DNA of 64,000 nt from an uncultured Methylomirabilota bacterium (GTDB lineage: Bacteria; Methylomirabilota; Methylomirabilia; Methylomirabilales; 2-02-FULL-66-22). Below, in pieces: positions 54,638 through 64,000 of the stretch; position 1 is the stretch's first letter; every line of letters starts with the position of its first letter. The notes under the pieces were generated by a model. The model worked only from the letters and a program-made list of their open reading frames with translations. It was not told where the DNA came from and did not search any database. The position numbers and the translations under genes were made by a program. Location of the stretch: positions 448,001-512,000 of the forward strand of contig CAWJSJ010000001.1 of NCBI GenBank assembly GCA_963845565.1, given 5' to 3'.

Positions 54638-55504
54638 ATGAGCGGACTCGACGTCATCGTGGTGACGGGTATGTCGGGGGCGGGAAAGAGCGCCGCCAGT
54701 CGCTGCCTGGAGGATCTCGGATTCTTCTGCATCGACAATCTGCCGGCGGCACTTATTCCGAAGGTTGCCGAGCTGTGCGCCCAGTCCGAGAAGCGCATCG
54801 AGCGCGTGGCCCTGGTGATCGACGCCCGGGAGGGCCGGTTCCTGGACGCCCTGTTCGAGATCCTGGTGGATCTGCGGCGCGAGGGGAACCAGGTACGCAT
54901 GGTGTTTCTCGACGCCAGCGACGAGGTGCTGGTGCGCCGCTTCAGCGAGAGCCGGCGCCCGCACCCGATGGCCCCCGGCGGCTCGGCACCGGAAGGGATC
55001 CGGGCGGAGCGGGCCCGCCTGGCCGCTCTCAAGGCCAAGGCGGACCTGGTCATCGATACCTCCGGCTTCACCGTTCATGAGTTCCGCAAGCTGCTCGCCA
55101 CGTCGTTTCTCGACCTCCCGGCGCCCCCGCGGACGGTCTTGGCCTTGGTGTCCTTCGGGTACCGGCATGGGCTGCCGGTCGATGCGGATCTAGTGTTCGA
55201 CACCCGTTGCCTCCCCAATCCGCATTTTGTGGAGGCGTTGCGCCCGCTGACCGGGCTGGCGGAGGGCGTCAAGGAGTACGTGCTGGGGTCCGCTCAGGCG
55301 CGAGGGTTTCTGGATCAGATCCAGACGTTTCTCACTTTTGCCCTGCCCCTCTACCTACACGAAGGGAAGGCATATTTGACGATCGCGATCGGTTGCACCG
55401 GGGGACGCCATCGGTCCGTTGCGCTCGCGGAAGATTTGGCGCGGCGTATGCGCGACATGGCGTACGAGGTATCGGTGCGGCATCGCGACGTGGAGCGAGA
55501 ATAA
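54638..55504 (+). CDS. rapZ: RNase adapter RapZ
   Basis: VTGMSGAGKS, CIDNLP, RRFSESRRPHP, SFG..HG.P, D.R.LPNP, IGCTGGRHRSV. Confidence 0.95.
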   Translation: MSGLDVIVVTGMSGAGKSAASRCLEDLGFFCIDNLPAALIPKVAELCAQSEKRIERVALVIDAREGRFLDALFEILVDLRREGNQVRMVFLDASDEVLVRRFSESRRPHPMAPGGSAPEGIRAERARLAALKAKADLVIDTSGFTVHEFRKLLATSFLDLPAPPRTVLALVSFGYRHGLPVDADLVFDTRCLPNPHFVEALRPLTGLAEGVKEYVLGSAQARGFLDQIQTFLTFALPLYLHEGKAYLTIAIGCTGGRHRSVALAEDLARRMRDMAYEVSVRHRDVERE

Positions 55505-55507
55505 GCC

Positions 55508-55933
55508 ATGATCGGGATCATAGTGGTCACCCACGGAGACCTCGGGACGGAGCTCCTCCGCACGGCGCAGGAGATTGTAGGGAAGTTTCCCAGCGTGGAA
55601 GCGGTGTCCGTCCACGCGTCGGAGCAGATCGACAAGGCCCGCAAGAAGATCGAGGCCTCGCTGCAGCGAGTCAGCGACGGCAGCGGCGTGCTCATCCTCA
55701 CCGACCTGTTCGGCGGGACGCCGTCCAACTTGGTGCTCTCCTATTTGGAAGCGGGCCGTCTCGAGGTCGTGACTGGGGTCAATCTTCCGATGCTGATGAA
55801 GCTGCCGTCCCTCCGGGAGGAGCGGGACCTGCGCACGCTGGCGGATAGTCTGGCCAAGTATGGTCAGCGCAACATCCTGGTGGCCAGCGAATTCCTCGCC
55901 AAGCAGGGAAAACCCGTTACCCCTACCCGCTGA
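55508..55933 (+). CDS. PTS EIIA component, mannose/fructose family
   Basis: IGII.VTHG, ILTDLFGGTPSN, V.TGVNLPML. Confidence 0.92.
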   Translation: MIGIIVVTHGDLGTELLRTAQEIVGKFPSVEAVSVHASEQIDKARKKIEASLQRVSDGSGVLILTDLFGGTPSNLVLSYLEAGRLEVVTGVNLPMLMKLPSLREERDLRTLADSLAKYGQRNILVASEFLAKQGKPVTPTR

Positions 55934-56084
55934 CGCCCGCTCCGACACGCGCCGGGGCGTAGGTCGCTGACGAAGCCGGCGCGCCTCGCGCAGGCCGCTG
56001 CAACGCAGATCGCCCGCCCCGGCTGCGGCCACGGTTGGCCCGCAGGAGCGGGCAGGGCGTGCAGCGGGGAGACACGCCGGAGAG

Positions 56085-56381
56085 GTGAAAGGCGACGACG
56101 TGGAAGACGGTGGCGTGACCCGCGACGTGGTGATCCGGAACCGCCTGGGCTTGCACGCGCGGGCCTCCGCGCAGTTCGTCAAGACGGCCGGCCGGTTCCA
56201 GGCGGAGATCACGGTGGAGGTGGGTGCGCGGCGGGTGAACGGAAAGAGCATCATGGGTCTGCTCCTGCTCGCAGCAGCGCAGGGGACGATGTTGCGGCTC
56301 CGGGCCGCCGGGGCGGACGGATCGGCGGCGATCGAGGCGCTGGCCGTCCTCGTGGACGGTCTGTTCGGGGAGCCGGAATAG
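56085..56381 (+). CDS. ptsH: Phosphocarrier protein HPr
   Basis: N.LGLHAR (His15) and NGKSIMG (Ser46), FGE. Start uncertain. Confidence 0.92.
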   Translation: MKGDDVEDGGVTRDVVIRNRLGLHARASAQFVKTAGRFQAEITVEVGARRVNGKSIMGLLLLAAAQGTMLRLRAAGADGSAAIEALAVLVDGLFGEPE

Positions 56382-57229
56382 TGGCGGGTGTGGGCGGCTC
56401 GGGCAACGCCGGTTCCGGCGGGACACGGGATGCGCCCGCGTGGCGCGTACTCTCCCACCAGGCGAGCGACGGCCCGCGGAACATGGCGGTGGACGAGGCG
56501 ATCGCCCGGAGTGTCGGGGCGGGGCAGGCCCCACCCACCGTCCGGTTTTACGCCTGGCGCGCGCCGACGGTGTCGTTGGGTTGCCTGCAGCGAGCCGACG
56601 GCGCCATCGCCGCGGCGGCGTGTCGTCGGTTGGGTGTGGCCGTTGTCCGGCGGCCCACGGGAGGGCGCGCCGTCCTGCATGATCGAGAGTTGACCTACAG
56701 CCTGTGCCTTCCGCTGGACGACGTCTGGGGTCGTTTGACGGTCGCCGAGAGCTTCCGCCTGGCGAGTCAGGGGCTTCTCGTCGGGCTCCGGCGTTTGGGC
56801 GTGCCGGCAGTGCTGGCGGAGGGCAACGGTGACCCACGGACGTCCGGAGGAACCGAAGCCTGTTTCCAGCTGCGCCGCCTGCCGGCCATCCTGGCGGGAG
56901 GGCGCAAGCTCCTCGGGTCGGCACAGCGACGGTGGCATGCGGTACTCCTGCAGCACGGTTCGCTCCTGGTCGACGTGGACCTGGAGATGCACCAGTCGGT
57001 CTTCCCCACCTGGACGCGGGGGGGAGCGGAGAACGGCGTGACGGGGCTGAAGGCAATCCTCTCGCAGGTTCCTCCGCGGTCTGCCTTGGAGTCGGCGCTG
57101 CTGGGCGGATGGCATGAGGTCCTGGGCGTGGTGTGGCAGCCGGCCGAGTTGACGGTCGGGGAACGGGAGGAAGCCGAGCGGCTCGTCGGAATGCGGTACG
57201 GTGACCCGGCCTGGACCTGGCGCCGGTGA
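56381..57229 (+). CDS. Lipoate-protein ligase A / LipM-like octanoyltransferase
   Basis: NMAVDEA, R.Y.W..PT.SLG..Q, VRRPTGGRAVLHD.ELTYS, G.KL.GSAQ, LQHGS. Confidence 0.92.
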   Translation: MAGVGGSGNAGSGGTRDAPAWRVLSHQASDGPRNMAVDEAIARSVGAGQAPPTVRFYAWRAPTVSLGCLQRADGAIAAAACRRLGVAVVRRPTGGRAVLHDRELTYSLCLPLDDVWGRLTVAESFRLASQGLLVGLRRLGVPAVLAEGNGDPRTSGGTEACFQLRRLPAILAGGRKLLGSAQRRWHAVLLQHGSLLVDVDLEMHQSVFPTWTRGGAENGVTGLKAILSQVPPRSALESALLGGWHEVLGVVWQPAELTVGEREEAERLVGMRYGDPAWTWRR

Positions 57230-57315
57230 CGCCCGAGCGCGTCTCGGGCTGAGATTTCACAGGGTTCGGACGGTTCGTGCCGATCCGTGGGCCTATGCCA
57301 GGTCGGCCAAACCGC

Positions 57316-57344
57316 TTGACACCCTGGTGGGGCTTTGGTAGCCT
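57316..57344 (+). promoter_or_regulatory. Sigma70-type promoter
   Basis: TTGACA-N17-TAGCCT with an extended TG, ~40 bp before the TPR gene. Confidence 0.7.
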
Positions 57345-57383
57345 CAACAACCGATTCTCGCACAGCAACGGGAATTTTTACCT

Positions 57384-60300
57384 ATGGCCTTCGATAAGCG
57401 AAAATCCCTGCAAAACGCGCTCGCGTATACCCAGCAAGGGAAGTGGGACCGCGCCATCGCAGAGTACCAGTCTATCCTGAAAGCCGAGCCGCGCGATCTG
57501 ACCGTCTGCAACAATCTTGGGGACCTGTACGCCCGCGCCGGCAAAACGGGAGAGGCGATCGATCAATACCTGAAGCTGGGAGAGCTCTACCGCTCCGACG
57601 GGCTCTCGGTCAAGGCCATTGCCGTTTACAAGAAGATCGCCAAGCTCGATCCCACGCATACTCAGGCCTATCTGGCCTGCGCCGATCTGTATTGGGAACA
57701 GGGGCTGGTCGGCGAGGCCAAGATTCAGATGACGACGGTGGTCGACCATTATGCCAGGTCGGGGGATACGCCCAAACTGATCGAGGCCTATCGACGTCTG
57801 ACGCAGTTCGACCCGACCAATGCGGCGATCATTGTCAAACTCGCCGATCTCATGGTGAAGGAGAACCTGCGCGAGGCCGCGGCGGCGGAATACGAGCGCG
57901 CGGCGCAGGCCGCCCAGGCGGCCGGTCACGCGGCGGACGCGAAGCGGTTGGCGCAGAAGGCGCGCGACCTCTTGCCCGACGCGCCACGGCCGACGCTCGA
58001 ACACGCCGAGACGCTGATCGCCGCGGGGAAGCATCCGGAATCACTCGACATTCTGACCGCGATCACCGCGGCGGACGCGGGCAACGCCAAGGCCTGGCGT
58101 TTGTTGGGGGAGGTGCTCGCGTTGCAGGGCAACCCCGACGAGGCCGTCGAGGCGCTCCGGCGGGCGGTCTCGCTGGGAGTCGGCGAACCCGAAGTGGCGC
58201 GTACCTTGGGCGTCGTGCTCCTGCAGACGGGTCGGGCCACCGACGCGATCGCCGTCTGCCAGCGGGCGACCAGTGAGTGGCTGGCCCAGGGCGAGCCCGA
58301 TGCGGCCGTGGCCTGCTGCCAAGAACTGTTGAGCGCGGCTCCGCAGACAACGGCGCTGCATGCCCACTTGGCCTCGACGCTCCAACGCCTCGGGCGCCAT
58401 GAGGAGGCGCGAGTCGCCCTGCGATCGCTGGGCGCCGCTCAAGAGGCCGCCGGCGAGGTTGAGGCGGCGATCGACACCTACCATCGTGTGGTGGAACTGG
58501 AGCCGACCGATGGCGTCGCGCGGGCACGGTTGGAGGTATTGGAGCCCAGCGCCCCCGCTGTCGCGGAGCCGGCTCCGTCGCCACCCACCGACATGTCCGA
58601 GCCGACCGCGCCCGACGACACGCCGGTGGTCGAGCTGTCGGAGGATGCCCCGGATCTCACGCTGGCGTCGCTGGAGGAACTGGGTCTCGCCTTGGGGCCG
58701 GAAGAGACAGACACGGCGTCCGCGGAACCGGTGGTCGAACTGAGCGACGAGACCACGGAGGACTCCGTCTCGGCACTGAATGACCTCGACCTTTCCTTCG
58801 GGAGAGAGGACATGGCCCTCCTCGTGGAGGAGCCGGACCAGGCGACGACGACGGATGCCATCCCCCTTGCGACGGACGCGAGTGCGCCGACTCCGGGGAG
58901 CGTCGAGGACGAAACGCCGACGGCAGATTGGCTGACGCAAGGATTCCCATCCCTCGACGCAGGGGAGGTCGATCGTGCGGTTGTCACCGCCGAACCCGAT
59001 ACGCCGGTAGCGGAGATTCCCCAAGAACCGTCCGACCTCTTTGCGGGCGTCGGCGCCCCGGACGCGCATGACGGGCTTACGCTCGGGGGGGACGCGCCCC
59101 GGACTCCACCACGCGCCGAGTCGTGGCCGGTGATTGACGCGCCGAGCGACGAGGCGACGACGGGCGATCCCTCGCCCGCGATCGAGGCACCACCCGACGT
59201 GCCCCCGGCCTTCGAGACAGCGCCGTTCATCGAGATCCCGGTCGAGGAATTCCCGGTTGTAGAGATTCCCGACACGGTCGGCCCATCCTCGGAATCCCTG
59301 CTCGACCTTGAGCCGGCGGTCGGGGCACTCGCTCCGGTGGAGGATGCGGAGTCCTCGAGCCAGGTTACCGAGCAGTTGGCGGAAGCGGACGTCTACCAGA
59401 AATACGGCCTGGAGGAAAAGGCGCGCGAGCGGTTGCTGGAGGTGGTCCGCCTGGCGCCGGATAACCTGACCGCGCGACGCCGACTCAAGGCGATCTACCA
59501 AGACCGCCGGCAACGCGAGGAGGCCTGCGGCGAGATTTGGACGATCGCGCGGATCTTGCGGAAACGCGGTCAAGAAGAGGCGGCGCTGGCGGAGGCTCGG
59601 GAAGGTCTGTCGTTGATACCGGGTCAGGCGGACCTTACGCAGTTCCTGGCGGACAGCCCCGAGGGAGAGACGTCGCCCGCCGTGGGATTCCCGGCGGCGG
59701 CCGAGGCGGCACCGGGTACCGCGGAGCGGGCGGAACTTCCGCCGTCGGAGACGTTGCCCCAGCTCTGGGATGTCGAGGCGTCCGCCGACGCCCCAAATGC
59801 GGGTGAGGAAGTGCCGTCCGCGCCGTCCGTGTCTTCGCTCGACGACACGGATGCCACGGCGTCGGTGGGCGCCGATCCTGGCGTAGACCTTGATCGCATC
59901 CTCGGGCCCGTCGAGGGCGACGACCTTCCGTCGGAGCTTCGGGCGCTCTTGGACGACGGCGAACCGGATCCAATCGTGGTTCTTGACGACATCCGGAATG
60001 ATAACGATCAGGGGATGGCAGACGACGTGGCTGAGGCGGAGTTCTACGTGTCGCAAGGCATGTTGGACGAGGCTCAGGCGGTGTATCGGCGCATGCTGGC
60101 GCGCAGTCCGGACCATCCGGATGTCGGTGCCTTGGCGGAGCAAATCGCGCGCGTCACAGCGGCTTCCGCCTCCGTATCGGTCCCGCCTGGACCGGTCGTG
60201 GAGTCGGAGCCCGCGCCGGCGGCCACGGATGCCGAGGGGTCGGAGGCGACCGAGCCGACCCTCGCCATGGAGTTCGACCCGGCATTCTCGCAGGTCACGC

Positions 60301-60917
60301 CCGCCTTCACCGTGATGGACGTCCCATCCGAGGACGCCCCGGCTGGATTCGTGAATCTCGGCGCCGAGCTGAACGAGGAACTGGGGGCAGGCGAGCCGGA
60401 GGACTCCCTTCCAGGCGGCGGCGCGCTGGTGGACGGGCTGCTCACGGAGTATCAGGAGACGGTCCAGGGCCCGCTCAACGAGAGGGAGTACGAGACGCAC
60501 TACAATCTCGGCATCGCCTACAAGGAGATGGAACTGTACGACGAGGCCATCCAGGAGTTCCGCCTGACCGCCCAGGAGCCGAAGCGGGCGTTGGAGTGCG
60601 CCGACCTCGTGGGGCTGTGTTTCTTGGCGAAGGGGCAACCCGAACAGGCGATCCGAGATCTGGAGGCCGGTTTGGCGATCGAAGGGCACGCGCCGGAGGC
60701 GTACCACAGTCTGCGCTACGACCTCGGGACGGCCCTGGAGGCGGTTGGTGACCTGCCGCGGGCACTGGAACATTTCGAGCGTCTGCAGTCGGAAGGCCCG
60801 CGCTTCCGGGATGTGCCGGCGCGGGTCCAGGCGCTTCGGGACCGCATCCCTCAGGCGCAGGCCCCGGCCGCGGAGCGACAGACGGCGCGTAAAAAGAAAA
60901 AGATCTCCTTCATCTAG
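57384..60917 (+). CDS. Large TPR protein with acidic Pro-rich linkers
   Basis: N-terminal TPRs (NNLGDLY.R.G, KAIAVYKKI), internal EA.VY.KYGL and EAEFY..QG repeats, C-terminal ETHYNLGIAY.EM.L..EAI, ends KKKKISFI. Confidence 0.85.
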   Translation: MAFDKRKSLQNALAYTQQGKWDRAIAEYQSILKAEPRDLTVCNNLGDLYARAGKTGEAIDQYLKLGELYRSDGLSVKAIAVYKKIAKLDPTHTQAYLACADLYWEQGLVGEAKIQMTTVVDHYARSGDTPKLIEAYRRLTQFDPTNAAIIVKLADLMVKENLREAAAAEYERAAQAAQAAGHAADAKRLAQKARDLLPDAPRPTLEHAETLIAAGKHPESLDILTAITAADAGNAKAWRLLGEVLALQGNPDEAVEALRRAVSLGVGEPEVARTLGVVLLQTGRATDAIAVCQRATSEWLAQGEPDAAVACCQELLSAAPQTTALHAHLASTLQRLGRHEEARVALRSLGAAQEAAGEVEAAIDTYHRVVELEPTDGVARARLEVLEPSAPAVAEPAPSPPTDMSEPTAPDDTPVVELSEDAPDLTLASLEELGLALGPEETDTASAEPVVELSDETTEDSVSALNDLDLSFGREDMALLVEEPDQATTTDAIPLATDASAPTPGSVEDETPTADWLTQGFPSLDAGEVDRAVVTAEPDTPVAEIPQEPSDLFAGVGAPDAHDGLTLGGDAPRTPPRAESWPVIDAPSDEATTGDPSPAIEAPPDVPPAFETAPFIEIPVEEFPVVEIPDTVGPSSESLLDLEPAVGALAPVEDAESSSQVTEQLAEADVYQKYGLEEKARERLLEVVRLAPDNLTARRRLKAIYQDRRQREEACGEIWTIARILRKRGQEEAALAEAREGLSLIPGQADLTQFLADSPEGETSPAVGFPAAAEAAPGTAERAELPPSETLPQLWDVEASADAPNAGEEVPSAPSVSSLDDTDATASVGADPGVDLDRILGPVEGDDLPSELRALLDDGEPDPIVVLDDIRNDNDQGMADDVAEAEFYVSQGMLDEAQAVYRRMLARSPDHPDVGALAEQIARVTAASASVSVPPGPVVESEPAPAATDAEGSEATEPTLAMEFDPAFSQVTPAFTVMDVPSEDAPAGFVNLGAELNEELGAGEPEDSLPGGGALVDGLLTEYQETVQGPLNEREYETHYNLGIAYKEMELYDEAIQEFRLTAQEPKRALECADLVGLCFLAKGQPEQAIRDLEAGLAIEGHAPEAYHSLRYDLGTALEAVGDLPRALEHFERLQSEGPRFRDVPARVQALRDRIPQAQAPAAERQTARKKKKISFI

Positions 60918-60942
60918 GGCCTTTCACCCGGGTCAGACAGCG

Positions 60943-61758
60943 ATGAGTTACGAACAGTTCTACCAGCTTCGGGAGCAGCCGTTCTCCAACACGCCGGACG
61001 CCCGCTTTTTCTTCGAGGTCGACCAGCACGCCGAAGTGCTGGCCCGGCTCATGTACGCCGTGGACACCATGAAGGGGTTAGCGGTCGTCGTGGGGGACGT
61101 GGGCACCGGGAAGACGACCCTGGCGCGGCGCATGCTGGATCGGCTGGATGATGAGCAGTACGAGTCGGCGCTGCTGGTCATCATTCATTCGGCCATCTCC
61201 GCCGAGTGGCTGCTCCGGCGGATCGCGGCCCAGATCGGCATCGGGCAAGCGGCGGAGGAAAAGGTCGCCCTCCTGACCCAAATCTACCAGCGGCTGATGG
61301 AGCTGCACGAAGCGGGTCGGAAGGCGGTGGTACTCATCGATGAGGCGAACATGCTCCAGCAGCGTGAGCTGATGGAGGAGTTGCGGGGGTTCCTCAACCT
61401 GGAGGTTCCCGGCAGCAAACTCATCACCTTCATCCTCTTCGGGTTGCCCAGCCTCGACGCGATCCTGGCGCTGGATGCGCCGTTGATGCAGCGGGTGGCG
61501 GTCAAGTGCCGGCTCAGCTCGCTGAATCCGGAAATGAGCAAAGCCTACATTCTGCACCGGCTGAAAGTGGCGGGGGCGACGCGGGAGATCTTTCCGGAGG
61601 CCGTGCTCGATCAGGTCGCGGCGGATTCCCGGGGGATTCCGCGCCTGATCAACACGATCTGCGACAACGTCCTGCTGGAGGGGTTTCTACGGAAGCGGGA
61701 CAAGCTGGATGTGGGCTTGGTCACGGACGTGGTCCGGGACTTGGGAGTGACCGTTTAG
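60943..61758 (+). CDS. ExeA/GspA-family AAA ATPase
   Basis: Y..FY.L.E.PF..TPD, G.VG.GKTT, LIDEA, G.P, GIPRLIN.ICD. Confidence 0.9.
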   Translation: MSYEQFYQLREQPFSNTPDARFFFEVDQHAEVLARLMYAVDTMKGLAVVVGDVGTGKTTLARRMLDRLDDEQYESALLVIIHSAISAEWLLRRIAAQIGIGQAAEEKVALLTQIYQRLMELHEAGRKAVVLIDEANMLQQRELMEELRGFLNLEVPGSKLITFILFGLPSLDAILALDAPLMQRVAVKCRLSSLNPEMSKAYILHRLKVAGATREIFPEAVLDQVAADSRGIPRLINTICDNVLLEGFLRKRDKLDVGLVTDVVRDLGVTV

Positions 61759-61776
61759 ACCGGCCGCGAGGGTGGC

Positions 61777-62310
61777 GTGAATCTTCCGAACGCGCTGAGC
61801 CTGATCCGGATCTTTCTGATTCCGGTGTTGGTGGTGTTTTTGATTGCGGTCCCGCGGCCATACAACCTCACGGCCGCGGCGGTTTTTCTGGCGGCGGTCC
61901 TGACGGACTGGCTGGACGGACGGATCGCCCGCAGCACGCGCCAGGTCACGGCGCTGGGCAAGCTGCTCGACCCGGTGGCGGACAAACTGCTGATCGCGGC
62001 CAGCTTGATCTCGCTGGTCCAGGTCGGCCGCGTTCCGGCGTGGATGGTCGTGCTGATCGTGTGCCGCGACCTGGCCGTGACCGGGCTCCGGGCCATCGCC
62101 GCCTCCCAAAACTTGATCATCCAGGCCAGCGATTTTGGCAAGGCGACCATGACGACCGAGGTGATCGCCGTGGCGTTGATGATCCTCAACTGGCCTGCCG
62201 CCGCAGTGTCCCTCGGGCAGGCGACGCTGGTCATCGCGATCGCGCTGTCCCTGGTGTCGGGCTTCCTCTACTTTCAGAAGTTCTGGCGGTGCATCGACCT
62301 CGGCAAGTAG
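61777..62310 (+). CDS. pgsA: CDP-diacylglycerol--glycerol-3-phosphate 3-phosphatidyltransferase
   Basis: MNLPN.L..IR, TD.LDG.IAR...VT..GK.LDP.ADK. Confidence 0.93.
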   Translation: MNLPNALSLIRIFLIPVLVVFLIAVPRPYNLTAAAVFLAAVLTDWLDGRIARSTRQVTALGKLLDPVADKLLIAASLISLVQVGRVPAWMVVLIVCRDLAVTGLRAIAASQNLIIQASDFGKATMTTEVIAVALMILNWPAAAVSLGQATLVIAIALSLVSGFLYFQKFWRCIDLGK

Positions 62311-62373
62311 CGGACATTCGGCGCGTGGCCGAGGCGGGCGGGGTTGGGTGCGACCGCCCGGAGGGAGAAGACT

Positions 62374-62991
62374 TTGGCGCGTGACCTGTTCCTGGTGGCG
62401 GTCGCCTATCTGCTCGGGTCGGTGCCCTGCGGGATCGTGATTGCCCGGCTGCAGGGCAACGTGGATCTCCGGCGGGTTGGGAGCGGGAACATCGGGGCCA
62501 CGAATGTCCTGCGGGCAGTGGGGAAAGGCGCGGCGGCGCTCACGCTGCTGGGGGACATCGGGAAGGGTGCACTGGCCGTCAGTGTGGCGAGATGGGTCGG
62601 GGCGTCCTCGGAGGTGGTGGCGGCCGTGGCGCTGGCCGCAGTCGTCGGACATCTCCTCCCCGTGTTCGCGCGGTTTCGGGGCGGCAAGGGAGTCGCCACC
62701 ACGCTGGGGGTCGTCCTGGCGGCGGTGCCGGTCGTGGGAGGCCTCCTCTTGCTGATCTGGCTGGCCGTGGCGGCGATCTGGCGGTACTCCTCGCTGGCGG
62801 CGCTGTCAGCCACGGCGGCACTCCCCCCGCTCGTGTGGTTGCTGGACGGCCGGCCGGCGATGCTGGGAGCGAGCGGAATTCTGCTGGTGCTGATCTTCGC
62901 GCGGCACCGGGACAACATCCGGCGGCTGCTGGCGGGCACGGAAGGAAAGATTGGGCAGAAGGTGCCCGGAGTGGGTTGCGGGGGACACTAG
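62374..62991 (+). CDS. plsY: Glycerol-3-phosphate acyltransferase PlsY
   Basis: YL.GS.P, D.R..GSGN.GATN, D..KG, GH..P, F.GGKGVAT, H..NI.RL..G.E. Confidence 0.93.
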   Translation: MARDLFLVAVAYLLGSVPCGIVIARLQGNVDLRRVGSGNIGATNVLRAVGKGAAALTLLGDIGKGALAVSVARWVGASSEVVAAVALAAVVGHLLPVFARFRGGKGVATTLGVVLAAVPVVGGLLLLIWLAVAAIWRYSSLAALSATAALPPLVWLLDGRPAMLGASGILLVLIFARHRDNIRRLLAGTEGKIGQKVPGVGCGGH

Positions 62992-63012
62992 GGACCGAGC
63001 GTGAGGTGTGCG

Positions 63013-64000
63013 ATGGCGCTGATCGTTCAGAAGTACGGCGGGACTTCGGTGGGAGATCCGGAACGCATCAAGAACGTGGCGCGACGCGCGACTTTGGCGC
63101 GGGCCGCGGGCCACGAGGTGGTGGTGGTGGTCTCCGCCATGGCGGGGGAGACCGACCGGTTGATCGGACTGGCGCACAAGATGTCCGACCGCCCGAACGA
63201 GCGCGAGTTGGACGTCATCCTGGCGACCGGGGAGCAGGTCAGCATCGGGCTTCTGTCGCTGGCGATCCACGGACTCGGGCACCGCGCGCGGAGTTTTACG
63301 GGCAGCCAGGTGCGCATCCAGACCGACGACGTGCACACCAAAGCCCGGATCGTGAGCATCGATGCCGAACGCGTCCGGCAGGCCTTGGCCGAGGGAGAGA
63401 TCGCCATTGTGGCGGGCTTCCAAGGTGTGAGCGCAGAGGATGAGATCACGACGCTGGGGCGGGGCGGTTCGGATCTGACGGCGGTGGCCATGGCGGCGGC
63501 GCTCCAGGCCGACGTGTGCGAGATCTATACGGATGTGGACGGGGTGTACACGACGGACCCCAACATTGTGCCGGAGGCGCGGAAGCTCGACCGCATCTCC
63601 TATGACGAGATGCTGGAATTGGCCAGTCTGGGCGCCAAGGTGCTCCAAACGCGCTCGGTCGAGTATGCCAAGAACTATCTGGTGCCGGTACACGTCCGGT
63701 CCAGCTTCAACGACCATCCGGGAACGATGGTTGTCAAGGAGGACGCGATCATGGAGAAAGTGGTGGTCTCGGGCATCGCCTTCAACAAACAGGAAGCCAA
63801 GATCACCATCACCCGAGTGGCGGACCGACCCGGCATTTCGGCGAACCTGTTTGGGCGCGTGGCCGAGGCCAATATCGTGGTGGACATGATCGTCCAGAAT
63901 ATCAGCCAGGACGGACTCACCGATATCTCGTTCACGGTCCCCAAGACCGATTACACGCGGGCTCTGGAGATCGCGCGTGCGGTGGCCAAAGAGATCGGGG
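63013..64000 (+). CDS. lysC: Aspartate kinase, 3'-truncated by window edge
   Basis: [50 protein letters not shown], start of an ACT domain. Absent from the ORF track because there is no stop in the window. Confidence 0.95.
   Translation, partial: MALIVQKYGGTSVGDPERIKNVARRATLARAAGHEVVVVVSAMAGETDRLIGLAHKMSDRPNERELDVILATGEQVSIGLLSLAIHGLGHRARSFTGSQVRIQTDDVHTKARIVSIDAERVRQALAEGEIAIVAGFQGVSAEDEITTLGRGGSDLTAVAMAAALQADVCEIYTDVDGVYTTDPNIVPEARKLDRISYDEMLELASLGAKVLQTRSVEYAKNYLVPVHVRSSFNDHPGTMVVKEDAIMEKVVVSGIAFNKQEAKITITRVADRPGISANLFGRVAEANIVVDMIVQNISQDGLTDISFTVPKTDYTRALEIARAVAKEIG

Overview
GC-rich bacterial chromosomal window from a diderm organism (LptCAB, LolA-like and lipid-A-type acyltransferase genes). 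The gene repertoire suggests a deltaproteobacterium-like or Methylomirabilota-like anaerobe, but this cannot be established from the window alone. Left arm (1-13 kb): a PotD/AfuA-type ABC importer with heptamer-repeat palindromes and a deletion scar, sfsA, a SEC-C protein, a NifU-domain gene read through an in-frame TGA (CxxU plus a SECIS-like hairpin, a probable selenoprotein), a nikR-nikMNQO nickel ECF transporter with a candidate operator, a MarR-GNAT fusion and an EamA transporter. Centre (13.3-43.8 kb): a ~30 kb, 27-gene, single-strand lipid/type II FAS-PKS cluster. It encodes seven radical SAM enzymes (four B12-binding, two SPASM/twitch and a full-length homologue of archaeal tetraether synthase Tes/GDGT-MAS), two KS plus catalytically dead KS pairs, ACP, FabG, FabZ, two methyltransferases, a PaaK-like ligase, a CrtI-like oxidoreductase, an ATP-grasp enzyme, an acyltransferase, GT2, a deacetylase, MMPL and LolA. 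Its 3' half resembles, from memory, the anammox candidate ladderane cluster. At 46.6-49.7 kb: a wHTH-MNT/HEPN pair with both catalytic motifs lost, two tandem 18-19 aa Lys/Ala/Pro micropeptides with perfect Shine-Dalgarno sites, an AT-rich nested palindrome and an intact but catalytically dead ALDH. Right arm: housekeeping genes lptC-lptA-lptB-rpoN-hpf-hprK(short)-rapZ-EIIA-ptsH, a lipoate ligase, a large TPR protein, an ExeA-like ATPase, pgsA, plsY and a partial lysC. No rRNA, tRNA, CRISPR array or transposase was recognised. All family assignments come from motif recognition by eye, not from database searches.
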